From Zootoca vivipara (Eukaryota), in contig NC_083278.1 in the NCBI RefSeq assembly GCF_963506605.1, positions 75,206,001-75,270,000 on the forward strand: 64,000 nt of DNA. The letters are read 5' to 3'. The notes beneath the pieces were generated by a model. The model saw only the letters and a program-made list of their open reading frames with translations. It was not told the DNA's origin and did not search any database. A program made the position numbers and the translations under genes. How positions within the stretch are numbered: position 1 is the stretch's first letter; each line of letters begins with the position of its first letter. Positions 39,356 through 52,781 of the stretch are shown piece after piece.

Positions 39356-39462
39356 GTTACAGGTAGGTAGCCGTGTTGGTCTGACGTAGTCGAAACAAAA
39401 AAAATAAAAAATGCTTCCAGTAGCACCTTAGAGACCAACTAAGTCTGTCATAGGTATGAGCT
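39356..39462 (-). mobile_element. Penelope-like terminal fragment
   Basis: Reverse complement matches 5384-5432 (agctcatacctatgaca.acttagttggtctctaaggtgctactggaa). Confidence 0.8.
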
Positions 39463-39509
39463 GGAAGCAATTTTTTTTAATATGAAGTGTTGTAGAGGTA
39501 TCATCAATA

Positions 39510-39718
39510 CAGTGGTATCTTGGGTTACAAACGCTTCAGGTTACAGACTCCGCTAACCCAGAAATAGTACCTCAGATTAAGAACTTTGCTTCAGGATGAG
39601 AACAGAAATAGTGCTCTGGCGGCGCGGCGGCAACAGGAGGCCACATTAGCTAAAGTGGTGCTTCAGGTTAAGAACGGACCTCCGGAACGAATTAAGTTCT
39701 TAACCAGAGGTACCACTG
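39510..39718. mobile_element. Tc1/mariner (Tigger-like) MITE
   Basis: cagtggta...taccactg TIRs; homologous to 12649-12864. Confidence 0.85.
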
Positions 39719-39829
39719 CAGTCTGTCTCTCTGTCCCTCCCTCTCTCTGTTTTATTGCTATCAAGAGATGCAGTTCGAATCTTTAGCAAGTGGTTACAGG
39801 CAGTAATGGGCTTAATGTGGGCCAATAAA

Positions 39830-40190
39830 TTGGAATTGAATCCAGGCAAGATGGATCTGTTGTGTGTGAACAATTCTCATATATAGGAATTGGTAAAACT
39901 CCCTGTTCTGGACAGGATTTCACTCCCCTTGGAGGAGCAAGTGTGTAGGTGGGTATTCCTGAAACCATCATGGTCACTAGAGGCTCAGGTAGCCTTGGTG
40001 GCTAGGAGTTCCCATGTGTGGCTTTGGCTGACGCAGCAACTATGGCTTTTCCTGGGTGGGGATAGCCTGCCTACTGTTACCCATTCCCAGGTAACCCACA
40101 GGTTAGACTATTTGGATGTGCTCTATGTGGGGTTGCATTTGAAGACATTCCAGAGTTCACAGCTAGTGCAAAATGCAGCAGCAAGTGTAG
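39830..40190 (+). mobile_element. Degraded L2 LINE ORF2 fragment
   Basis: VTHRLDYLDVLYVGLHLKTFQSSQLVQNAAA resembles L2 ORF2 downstream of the RT domain. Confidence 0.75.
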
Positions 40191-43100
40191 TATTAGAAAC
40201 ACCTGCAGATGACAGAGGTTGCCCCATTGGTTGTTTATATCAGTAGTCAACACAATGGAATGAGTAGTCTACAGCTGTCAGTATTGGGCAAATTGGCATT
40301 AGCATGCCATTCTTCTTAGCCGAGTAATGCCTAATAAAAAGGAAGAGATGCGGCCAAAGCAGAGCTTGAACTCTGACATGCAAGGAGTGAAAGCTTCCCT
40401 CCTGAGACTAATAGTACCAGCGGTGGTCATCAGGACTATGGCAGAAGAAAGTCTTAACTCCTGTCCTGCCTGCTGCAATCCCAATCTCACTTGGGCCCTG
40501 CCACATTCATTCATTGCATGCAACTGACATCACATCTAGTTTGATTCTTTTGCCTCCATGGTGCCGCTGAACGTCACATCTACAGTTCTGTGCAACAATA
40601 GCCAAAGGACCAAGCACATATAAATTATCTCCCCCCTCGTACTTAACCCTTTTCTGGGAGGAAAAAAACCACCCTTTCATGTCTGCCGCAGATGTAATTT
40701 TTCAGCTAATGGCTTGATGCAATCTTTTCAAAGCATCCAAGAAAAGATTAAGAGCAATCACCTCACAAAACCTAGCAGCACAGCTATTGATTTGGGCTGC
40801 AGGCTGATTGATGAAGGTGTAGCAGCCTCCTGATTCAACACATAACAAGTATTTCAGCATAAAGGGAGTGGCTTTTCTTTCTGAACGCAAACACAACAGC
40901 CAGACTTTCAAGCTTACATATCATTGTCGTTTTTCTGTTAACTATTTACTGGATTCTAAGCAAAAGCCATCCAATTAGAAAGTCACAGAATTTTCCTATT
41001 TTTTATTTTAAAAAAAAGCTTTTGAGTTTGGGGATATTGTCATGACGTTCCACGATTTGCATAATAGTTCATCACTAGCTCTGTTGCAATTATGCACACT
41101 TCATATTTCCCATTAGTGGTGAGATTCCCCCCCCCCCCAAATCATCTTTATGTATTAGGCTGGCACTGCACATTACAGAGTCAGGTCACACTTACCAGCC
41201 TCCAGCAGCCTCTTCACCAATGCAAAGTCATACTGGAAGTGAATTATTTTCAGGGCGCAAATGGCTGGTGGGACTTAAGACCTGTCACATAGCCACCACT
41301 TCCCCCTGCTACTCTTCCCATGACCCAACCCCAGTTGTTTTTCCACCGGTTGTGGGTGTCTGCATGTCTCCAAATAATTTGGAGAAATTTCTGCTTTGGG
41401 GGTTGGGGGGGGAATGCAATGCTATTCTCCTTCCAATGGTGAATTTTAGAATTCACAATACTCTAATATATATTATAGCCACTTTGTATAAGACTAGCTA
41501 ATAGAATTTAGAGTGCTTTCCCCAGCAAGGTAGCTCAAAGAGTCATGCGACAGGTGGGTATCTGAAGTGCTTTTTACATATGAATGCTGCACAAAATCTA
41601 TGCAACAGTGTCAGCAAATAACTTGTGACAGAATTCTATGTTTCTGTGTGGAGTTCCCCCCCAAGTTTTGGTCTCGAAATCTTAGTTCATTTCACTTTTT
41701 CTGAAACACACACATGCCCACTTCAAAATGTTGCATTCAGTCCATCAGGGAGGAAAATTAGAATTCTAGCCCCAGGCAGATTTTGACATCTGATGCTCTC
41801 CTTTGCCTTGAAGAAGTCATTCTGCTTTTCATTCTATTTCCCCAGCTGTTTCATACTAATCAAACTTTGGCCATTTGTGTTTAGATCAGATCCCACTCTA
41901 GTCCACTTTGTGGAATGTGAAAATGTTTCTCAAAAAGATGTGCCCTTCACCTATTTTATTTCCTTCACCCCTTTAATAACGAGAATAGCTAATATTTCCC
42001 CTGCCTCTCTTGGATTTTCTTGGTAGCTAGTAATACCTATAGTACCAATCTCTGTCTGGTACAAGCTGTGTCCGAAAACAGCTTTATGCATAAATTGGCA
42101 TAAGTCACATGTGATTCCCCCCCCCCCCCGGAATCAAAAACTTTTGTTGCATTATGTCTGCAAACGTCTTCTGTTGCATTAGCTAGACGTTTTAAACATT
42201 GAGATGTTACACTTTCTTATTTAAGTGACTAGAAAACCTTATAATTTAATGGTCTCTAGAGACTGTAGCCGTAGCAAAAACCAGATTTTTATGGTGTAAT
42301 GTCAAGTCAACATATGTTAATAAGAGTATAATTAGCGCAACATTCCTACTGAGTGTTAAATGCATCAAATGCAAAATTAACACCTGTGAAGAAGGAAACA
42401 TGCATTTATGCCACTGAGACATTCAATAGTACTGTCTTGGGTTTTAACCTCTTGTGCAAAGGTCTGTGCTGAAATTTTCTGAATATGAAAGGACTAAGCA
42501 ACAGCATGAAGGGGGCTGAACTGTCACTACATGGAAATCAATAAATCCAGATAAATAAAAGTCAGTGAACTGGATTTACTGACAGAGTGCAGTGAACTTT
42601 CTAACAGGTTAGATTGTGTATTTCCCTTGACAAAATTTTAGCCGTGTTTCATACATCATGTTACATTTATGAATAAAATGCAAGAGTCTATTAATATGAA
42701 TTATTTAAAACCGATTGCCCAATTAGATATTGTTACCAAAGAGCTCAGTTCACATGGAACGCTGCAGATCCCCTGGAACTATGTGCCTTTTCTAAGTGTG
42801 TTCTGTGCAATGAGCACAGGGCCATTGTAAGGCGCCAGAAAAGCAACATTGGTTTAAGATGTCTATATTGTCACACTGCAGTGGTTGTGCATGCGACTAA
42901 ACCTTCACGTGGACTACATATAAGTACAAGTCTCATAAGCCCCAGAACCTTTGCCATATAACAACATCTAATGCAAGTGGGCACCCTTAGATAACCATTA
43001 CTTTGTACAGAAGGTTTTCCCATGTAAGTACCTTCCAATGATAATTACATTATGTACCCATTTGTATTCCCTGAGCAAATGCCTCCACTTTTCCCACAGT

Positions 43101-44999
43101 GGACATGCCAGTCACCTGAAAGCATGCTCCGATGGGCTCAGGAACCCCCTGTGAGCACGATGCATGCCACTATGTAGTGGGAAATACCTGTATTGCAATA
43201 CCTGCTTACACTCCTCTGCATCTTCTGTCAATGGATTTCATTTCTGTCCAGTGCTGTCTTTAACCAGCTCTCTATTTGTGGGCATATACTTATGCCCACA
43301 AGGAACTTCTTACCTGTAGTTGGACACCTCATAGATCTCCAAACCATTCAGCTTTTGGGAATCATCCAGGAAGCTGCTCACCAACTTGGTGGGTTTCTGC
43401 AGGAGCAAGACTTCTTCAACCTTCATAGATCCCTTTTCCTTGCCTCCTCTTCCCATCTCCCTGAATATAAGTGGTGTTTGTTATTTTCCTTGAATTAGTC
43501 CGGACTAAATGAAATGTTGTTTTTGGAACTCTATCTGAATTGTTATAAGGAATCAAGTGTGAGAGCTAGATTTGGCTTGAGAACCATCTTATCTTCACTG
43601 AATCTGTTTGACGTTCTTCAAGAAAGCAGAGGCAATATGCAAGCTGTCTCTGTTTATCTAAAAAGGACCGATCACCTGCTTTATGAATCATTGCCAGAAA
43701 ACCCAGACCCAGCTGCAACTGTGCTACTGCAGGACATGGTTAAACTCAGGAGATCACTTGCCTTTGCCCTCCCTTCCTCAGGACAGGTAATTATTAGCAT
43801 CTTACTTTTGTCTTCTATCTTCCCCTGTACTTGGCCAGACTGCTTGTATACAATACAGTATTGAAATTTGAAAGCCTTGTTATGCCTCATTCAGTTCACC
43901 AGAGAAAGCTAAGGTATTATATTCCCTTTTTAATTTGAGCTCTATGCATAAATACAAATTTAAGAAGGATGCTTCAACATGCTTCAAATACCTTTGATAT
44001 TATTCTGCTGAATAATATACTGAATAATAGCTGGCTAGAAGAGCATTTCATAATTAATTTTTCCAAATCAAAGTTATGAAGCATGGATATTTTAAAAATG
44101 TATAGTGAAAATCAATTGCCCTAAAGTGTATTGCTTTTGCATGCTATAAACTTCATGTGCATAGATAATACAATTTTTAAGTATTTACATGCTCTGTTGG
44201 GATTTTGTATCTTTTCGCTATATATCCTGGTGTGTGCTGAAAACCACAGACAAAACAACTTCAAGTCAGAAAGGAACTCTGGTTAATTAGGGCGATTTGT
44301 TTTCCACTGAGGTGTGAACAAAATTCTACTGAGTCTGATTGTCTGAAAGACCCTAATTCCATTTAAATTAGAGATAATCAATGGAAAGTATCATTCAGTA
44401 GGGAAAAACCCAATCTATTTTGGTTGACAAGGTAATTACTGAGGTTATATAATCCCCATCTTCCATTAAATTGTGTTTCTTTTTTCCTGTTGGGTATAAT
44501 CCTTTTTCTGCTTTGGAGCTAGAATTTGTTGTAGCTTTGTTCATTGCTATACAAGTATACAGGAGTGTCAAACCATCCTCAGTAAAGTACTGTACAATGC
44601 AATTTCTGCCCAGTACAAAAAGTGGATTATATAAGCAGAAGCCATAGTAATGTATGCCTGTAGAAAACGTCAACAATTGTAATCTGACATACAGTTCTTC
44701 TTAGTAGGTCATAAAGTGGGAATGTGATGTATTTGCTGTATAGCATCTATGGCTAAGACTTCAGACTCATTGGTTAGCTGTAATTCACATATTTGTACAC
44801 TGGATTGTACCAACAAATATTGCATAGCAAATGTAGCACATTTCCATTTGCTACCCTATTAAGAGGAGCTGTTGTCTCAAACAAAAACTGGTACTAGTTT
44901 CTGTGCGCATGTAGCAACAATATTTAAATTGCAACAATATTTTAATTGGTTGGTAGCCCCATCAGCATATAAAATACTAGTGCAGCAAATAAAGTAGAA

Positions 45000-45137
45000 C
45001 AGGCATAGGCAAACTCCGGCCCTCCAGATGTTTTGAGACTACAGTTCCCATCATCCCTGACCACTGGTCCTGTTAGCTAGGGATGATGGGAATTGTAGTT
45101 CCAAAACATTTGGAGGGCCAAGAAATTGCCTATGCCT
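45000..45137. mobile_element. Hairpin hAT MITE
   Basis: Same family as 31940-32075 and 25913-26049. Confidence 0.85.
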
Positions 45138-45167
45138 AGAAGTACCATGGAATCTATATTTATGTGC

Positions 45168-45528
45168 AGATGGCGCTGTGGCCACTGTGCCATTTGGGCT
45201 TGCCAATCGAAAGGCCAGCGGTTCGAATCCCTGCGACGGGATGAGCTCCCGTTGCTCGGTCCCAGCTCCTGCCAACCTAGCAGTTCAAAAGCCAAAATGC
45301 CAAATGCCAAAAAGTGCAAGTAGATAAATAGGTACCGCTCCGGCGGGAAGGTAAACGGCGTTTCCGTGTGCTGCTCTGGTTTTGCCAGAAGTGGCGTAGT
45401 CATGCTGGCCACATGGCCTGGAAAAAACTGTCTGCGGAAGCGGACAAATGCCAGCTCCCTCGGCCTGTAAAGCGAGGTGAGCGCCGCAACCCCAGACTGG
45501 ACTAAATTGTCAGGGGTCCCTTTACCTT
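45168..45528 (+). mobile_element. Sauria SINE
   Basis: B box GGTTCGAATCCC; ends ggggtccctttacctt; homologous to 35052-35423. Confidence 0.88.
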
Positions 45529-45752
45529 GACAGTAATGGTATAAAAGCAACAACAATTTATATAATTCATTTCAAATTGTTTCATACAAATTATCTCAAT
45601 AATTTTCAGTACACCTTGTAAAGGTCAGTATTCCCATGTATGTATCACTGTTTGGGCATTATCCTGAGGTATTAAAATGGTATCATGTTGGCGCTGTTTT
45701 TGGAACCCACTAATTAATGAAGTCATAAACTTTTGTATAGTTTGTGAAATAT

Positions 45753-47198
45753 GTTGTTGTTGTTGTTTAGTCATTTAGTCGTGTCTGACTCTTCGTGACC
45801 CCATGGACCATAGCACGCCAGGCACTCCTGTCTTGCACTGCCTCCCGCAGTTTGGTCAAACTCATGTTCATAGCTTCGAGAACACTGTCCAACCATCTTG
45901 TCCTCTGTCTTCCCCTTCTCCTAGTGCCCTCAATCTTTCCCAACATCAGGGTCTTTTCCAAGGATTCTTCTCTTCTCATGAGGTGGCCAAAGTATTGGAG
46001 CCTCAGCTTCACAATCTGTCCTTCCAGGGAGCACTCAGGGCTGATTTCCTACAAAATGGATAGGATTGATCGTCTTGCAGTCCATGGGACTCTCAAGAGT
46101 CTCCTCCAGCACCATAATTCAAAAGCATCAATTCTTCGGCGATCAGCCTTCTTTATGGTCCAGCTCTCACTTCCATACATCATTACTGGGAAAACCATAG
46201 CTTTAACTATACGGACCTTTGTAGGCAAGGTGATGTCTCTGCTTTTTCAGATGCTGTCTAGGTTTGTCATTGCTTTTCTCCCAAGAAGCAGGCGTCTTTT
46301 AATTTCGTGACTGCTGTCACCATCTGCAGTGATCAAGGAGCCCAAGAAAGTAAAATCTCTCACTGCCTCCATTTCTTCCCCTTCTATTTGCTAGGAGGTG
46401 ATGGGACCAGTGGCCATGATCTTGGTTTTTTTGATGTTGAGCTTCAGACCATATTTTGCACTCTCCTCTTTCACCCTCATTAAAAGGTTCTTTAATTCCT
46501 CCTCACTTTCTGCCATTAAGGTTATGTCATCTGCATATCTGAGGTTGTTGATATTTCTTCCGGCAATCTTAATTCCGGCTTGGGATTCATCTAGTCCAGC
46601 CTTTCGCATGATGAATTCTGCATATAAGTTAAATAAGCAGGGAGACAATATACAACCTTGTCGTACTCCTTTCCCAATTTTGAACCAATCAGTTGTTCCA
46701 TATCCAGTTCTAACTGTAGCTTCTTGTCCCACATAGAGATTTCTCAGGAGACAGATGAGGTGATCAGGCACTCCCATTTTTTTAAGAACTTGCCATAGTT
46801 TGCTGTGGTCGACACAGTCAAAGGCTTTTGCATAGTCAATGAAGCAGAAGTAGACATTTTTCTGGAACTCTCTAGCTTTCTCCATAATCCAGCGCATGTT
46901 TGCTATTTGGTCTCTGGTTCCTCTGCCCTTTCGAAATCCAGCTTGCACTTCTGGGAGTTCTCAGTCCACATACTGCCTAAGCCTGCCTTGTAGAATTTGA
47001 AGCATAACCTTGCTAGCGTGTGAAATGAGTGCAATTGTGCGGTAGTTGGAGCATTCTTTGGCACTTCCCTTCTTTGGGATTGGGATGTAGACTGATCTTC
47101 TCCAATCCTCTGGCCATTGCTGAGTTTTCCAAACTTGCTGGCATATTGGGTGTAGCACCTTAACAGCATCATCTTTTAAAATTTTAAATATTTTAAAA
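45753..47198 (-). mobile_element. 5'-truncated Bov-B (RTE clade) LINE with reverse transcriptase domain
   Basis: YRTIALISHASK, QAGFRKGRGT, FIDYAKAFDCV, GVRQGCILSP and LRYADD motifs; C-terminus HGVTKSQTRLND; (CAA)n tail; 11-bp TSD TTGTGAAATAT (45742-45752, 47199-47209). Confidence 0.95.
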
Positions 47199-47243
47199 TT
47201 GTGAAATATACATTTCTCATTCAATAGCATCTTAACCAATATA

Positions 47244-47293
47244 GATTAGATGATCCTTGGGTCCCCTTCCAACTCTACAATTCTATGATTCTA
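47244..47293 (+). mobile_element. CR1 LINE 3' terminus
   Basis: tagatgatccttgggtccccttccaactctacaattctatgattcta, with the CR1 (ATTCTRTG)n end. Confidence 0.75.
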
Positions 47294-50200
47294 AGCACAC
47301 TCACCTGAGAAACCAAGGTTAACTTTGGGTGAGTAGCACTCGTGGGTGACTGTCTGAAATATCTAGCAAGAATCACCCAGTGTCAATTTAGAATGAGTTT
47401 GAGAAGAAGCTGGTTGCTTGGGTACCTCCCCCCCCTCTCCTGCTGCTTGCATATGGGTAAATTTCACAAAAATAATCCTGTCTGCAAACTACAAACCTTG
47501 ATAATGCAAAAGAAAAGCTGCCCAATTTGTACCTGAATACTGTACAGTCATTTTGGGTTGCTCAAGGCTGAAATCCTTTACTAGAAAGCAAGACCCATTG
47601 CATACAGTGGGACTTACTCCTGAGTAAGTATGCTTTGGATTGCAGTGCAAGTAATTAATGCTTTAAACATGATCTTAAACTGCACTTTGTTCAGCCATTT
47701 ATTAATATCAAGACATTATGATCATTCTATAAATAAGTTTTTAGAGAAAATTAGGAATAAAATATGCCATTTATATTAAAATATGAGAGGCTGTCAAACA
47801 TTTAATGTAGTCTTAGAACAGAGATTCCATATGTGCACACCACTTGCATAAGTCATTAAGAATTTACATTTTGCCAGCCACAGCCTTATAGAGTAAAACC
47901 AATAATCCATCTAATTAAGGATTGTCAGTCCTCTCTGGCAGTTGCTATCATGTAGCATTCTTTCCTAGTCCTATAACCAAAGACCCTCTTGAGCTAATGA
48001 TAGCAGAGATAGGTGCTGTTGAAAAATAGAAAACATGTGTTCTATCAATGACTACAGCTCTTTTAACTCAGTGCAACGAAGGAGGGAAAAGGTCACCCCT
48101 GGTTTTCAAAGGTCAGATGGAGTACATCAGTCAAGGACAATATTGTATATGGAAGTACAGCTGGAGAATTGCCAAATATTTTGGTGATTTTCTGAACCCT
48201 AAAGTGAAAAAAAACCCTTTTTAAAAAAAGAAAGTGTAAGCCATCATGTATGGAAAGTCTGAACATGTGGCAGCAGTGACCCTTAAAAACAAAAATACGT
48301 TTTTAAATACTGATTTTTCCTGGTCATTAAAACACATCATAGATATTCCATTTGAGCTGCCATAATAAAATACTTTTACAGTATTATGAAATGCTTACTG
48401 AAGAGTCTGTCTTAACACCAGTAGCAAGTTCCATTCTGTCACTAGACATCTGAAATATATACTCTTTACTTTTCTTCTCTACTCACCTCTCTTTTACCAA
48501 ACTTCAGGGAAGAGGGATCACTTCAGGATGGGCAAAATGAGTGGAAAAGAATGGAAAACTAAAGAAACTTCCAACCAGAGAAAGTGCTTAATGGCTGAAA
48601 GTCCATTTAAATCAATGGGAGTTCTTCCGTTCAGGTCAAATTCAAGAACAATTATTTTTTCCTCTTGATTGGGATCAAAGGTTTCCCATAATTCCATAAG
48701 ACATAAAATTATGGTAACTAACACACACAGCGCTCAAAACATACTTGAAGATTCATACTGCCATTATTTCAGGGCATGTTTATAAAGCCATAGTCGTACA
48801 GAGTGATCCATTTGAGGCTGGCACAGTCATCTTAATGCTAAGATGACTTTGCTAAGAAGAGTTCCCGGAGTGGCTTGAGTGGCAGTTCGTAAACCTGATA
48901 ACATCGTCACGTATGAATTTTGCATGTCCAGTATTATTTTGGTTGGAGGGAGCAACGGAACGATCTTGTGGCTTTTGATTCAACGTAACATCTTCTTTGT
49001 CCATCATTTATTTGTTCACAAGTGGAACCTGTGCTGTCTAGAGTGCTGCTGTTCAGTGTTTTGGTCAGCCAACGCTATCTTCCTCCGTAATACTCCATTC
49101 CACCACCCTGCCCCCAATAAGTCAGAATTACATGCTCTCTAAGCATGCTCAAAGCTTACTAGATTGTCGGGGGGGGGGGAGAGTTGTTTCGCTCCGTTGG
49201 GTCCTCTCTCTTTTTCCTGTACTTCTGCAAACTTTGAGGTTCCCCCAAGCCTGCTGATACATCCCCCTCCCTCTTGTATATATGCTGCCTTTTTGGCTGT
49301 GTAAGGACCTATACTCATCTCTGAACTTCCGAAATAAGTGGAATGGTGGTTTGCTAGAGCTAAGCACCTAGGGACCAGTCCAATTGAAAGAGAACTGAAA
49401 TTTAGGTCTAGTTTCAATTTCTCAAAAATTACAAAGAGGGGAGGAAAATGTTAGAACACACCCATTAAATCAGCAGAGATAGTTTCCTTGTTGATCATTA
49501 TCTTGAAGTAACTATATCAAACCCCTAGGATTATCATGTATGCTTTTGTTCTCCTTAACATTTGTGAAGAAAACAGTTTTTTTCAGGGACGATTTTGGCA
49601 CTAGGATTCTCATTTAGAAATACAGGCAATCACTAACAATACACAGCCTTCTGGTTTTGACAGGAAGCAGAAATGGTACTTGGTGATTAATCACATCCCA
49701 TAAATAATAAACATTAAAACTCTATGAGGTAAGACTCCAGATGAATAATAATTAAACTATAATCTATCTATTTTTTCTGTAATAACACTGAAGAGTTATG
49801 AATGTCAATTAGGAAAAATCAAGGTTTGCAGCAGATAATTTTATAACTTTATTATTTTGTATCTTGCTACCAAAGTGACCAATAAATTTATAGTATTACA
49901 AACAATGGGTCCAAATTATGGATTCCAACTAATATTTTTAGAAATTCATACCAGAATTTCTGGAATTTTCATATAACAAGTTGTTCTGTCATCAAAACTT
50001 TGATGTCCTTTACTATATGTTGGTGTGACACAATGGGAACGGCTGCCGGAGGTGGAATCCTTAAAATGTGCATACTTCATAAAAGATTTATTTTTAATTT
50101 TGATCTTACTGTTCTTTGCAAAAATCTCAGCAGCCAGAAGTTACACAACTACATTCTAGAACCTATTTAGTTGAGCCGCAAGGTCTGCATACTTTATTGA

Positions 50201-51254
50201 GTTTATAAACTTTTTATGTTACCAAAAATTTAAAACTTCATCTTGAGAATATAGAATACATCTTAAGACTATAGAATATAGAAGCATAGATGCGATTTTC
50301 AAGGCATTAGCACATAGGAAAAAATATTAAACTGAATCCAACGATTAAATTGGAAAGGGTCAGACTTATAATACAAATGATAAACTTTTATTTCATTCTA
50401 CTTCTAAGAAGCTGCTAAGACTGCAATCCGATACAGCAAGTATAGGGAGCCTTTGGCTCGCTAAATGTTGCTGAACTACACTTGCCATCATCCTTGACCA
50501 CTGGCCATGCTTACTAGGGCTGATGGGAGTTGTAGTTCAGCAACATCGGGCGAACCAAAGGTTCCCCAACTCCTGCTATACAGTATGCACCTAACTGGAA
50601 GTAAGTCCTGTTTAGCATATTAGGAATCATTACTCACCCACGATTGAGGGGGATGGAGCCATACGTCATCAGCAGGGCGTGCGTGCATGCCCCATGCCAG
50701 GTGCGCATGATGTGCGCACACCCTGTGACATGCTCAGCAGGACTTACTCCTAAGTAAACATGCATAGAATTGTGCTATAAATATTTCTGTGTAACAAAAA
50801 AATTGCATCATCTGCGACGTAAATATAATTTCCTTTAGAGTAGAAAACTCTAATGTTTTTAGTGGAAGTTTTGAGTTTGTAAAAAGAAAATAAAAGATCA
50901 GAAGCTGCATATGTAAAACAGCTGATGGAAAAACAGAGAGGCTGATAATGTGATTGAAATGCTGCTGTTCATTAAATAAATGTGTTCTTATTCATGTGAG
51001 TACCGTTTAATAGGTCTGGCAGATTCTGAAAGAGCATGATCACAGTCAACAAACATCAGATAATTTTAGAGAACCTCTTGAAGACTGACAAAACTCCCAT
51101 TCAGTTAAATGACAGTGGGACTTGGTTTGGGTAGTGCTACAAATTTGTGGGTTTTACATTTGCCCACTTATAATCTGCATCAAAGATAAACAATTTACAT
51201 TTCAAGTGGGAAAAGGATGCACCACAATCCTAAACACTCCATGGTACAACAACA

Positions 51255-51395
51255 ACAACAAAGAGTTGTGGTACCTAACTAATTTATTTTGGCATAATTT
51301 TTGTGGATGTCCATTTCATCCAGATGCATCTTATGAAGTGTTCTGAGGTACAGGAAAGCTTATGCTGTAACAAATTTCTTAGCTCCATAGCATTA
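51255..51395. mobile_element. Palindromic element made of two inverted, degenerate Penelope-type ends
   Basis: Centre cagatgcatct; right arm gcat-CTTATGA-...-GAAA-GCTT-atgc; the left arm is its decayed reverse complement. Confidence 0.55.
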
Positions 51396-52738
51396 CACAT
51401 TCAATTCCAGAACAAGTTACTTGGAGGGAAGGCCTGATTCTAGTACATATATTGCACTGGCAGCTGGGGAAGGAAAACTGCATGAATACTGTCCCATGTG
51501 GAAAGCCTTTTGTGTGAAGTGGTTCCCAGGTAATTCAGGCAATTTTAGCCACATACACACACACCCTTCCTTGTGGTAAGAGTCAAAAAAGGCCTTATAT
51601 AAGCTTCATTGATTTCAGTTGAACTAAGTGCCATTTAAGTGCCTAAGGATGCATTGCAGCTTAATGGAATAAATCATTTTTTTTCTCAAGGGGGAAGCCA
51701 AAGACTGTGCTGTTATGGCTAAAGCAGGATCCCAAGTCTGCCAAGTATGTCATAGCCTTCCGTGTTTGTCCTGTTAACTAGGAGTAGACTTCTGAATCAA
51801 CATGCATAGGATTGTGCTGCTACCACATTTCTGCAACTAGCGGTCTCCCTTTCTGACCTGTCAGTGCTGCCCAAGAATAGCTCTTCCCAGATGTACAGGG
51901 GGAAGATGATGATAGCAGGTATAGTATCACTGCATAATTAAAGAAATGTGTGAAAGGACTGGTTTCCTTAATTTAAATTAATAGGAAAGCCATCAAAGAT
52001 TGGGCTACTCCACTCAAACGTTGCTACTCTCATGGAGAATATATGGTTGAATCAGGGTGATTATGTTTGTCTGCATTCTAGCACTTTATTTTACTCCCAC
52101 ACCTCAATTGCTGGTTAGTTGTCTCAGCTTAGCAGACAGCAACATTACATCCTCACTGCGTTTCCTGTAGAAAATCGCCCGGAACCAATCAAGATTACCT
52201 CAGCCAAGAAGTGTAAAAGGAAACCATTACGCAAAACAAAAGTGACACCTGATTTTTCTACATCTCCTTCATATTTTATTTTTTAGTCAAATAGTGTAAA
52301 ATAGCTGAAAATGAATCTGAGAAATGGTGTAAGCTAGCTATAGAAATAACTGAAAATAAATAGAGACAGTTTTTAAATAACAAGGTCTAAGCATGAAGTG
52401 CTGCTTGGATTTTACAGCACAGCATATCCTATTGGTTTAATAGAATTGGTAACAAATGAAGAAATAAGTACTAAGGTCAGAATCAGCCTCCAGTGATTCC
52501 TTATAATTAATTTCCCATGAGAATTATAATGCTTCTCCCATCCCCCCCAAACAAACAGAAATCTAATGAGATTAAAAGCAGTTAAATGTGTGGAACAGAC
52601 AAAGATTCACATAGAGCAATAAAGGCACACAAGAGAATTAGGCATATATTGTTATAGCAAATTACTAGGTTGATAAAGAGCAAACACAAAAACAAGAATA
52701 AAGCTAGATGTCTGAGCTCCAGTAAGCAGTTGGCTGAC

Positions 52739-52781
<43 letters not shown>
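52739..52781. repeat. (TAA)n microsatellite (LINE tail)
   Basis: Read directly. Confidence 0.95.

Noticed and set aside
45795-46993. Plus-strand ORFs of 171, 112 and 86 aa
   Set aside because: Antisense shadows of the Bov-B RT frame.
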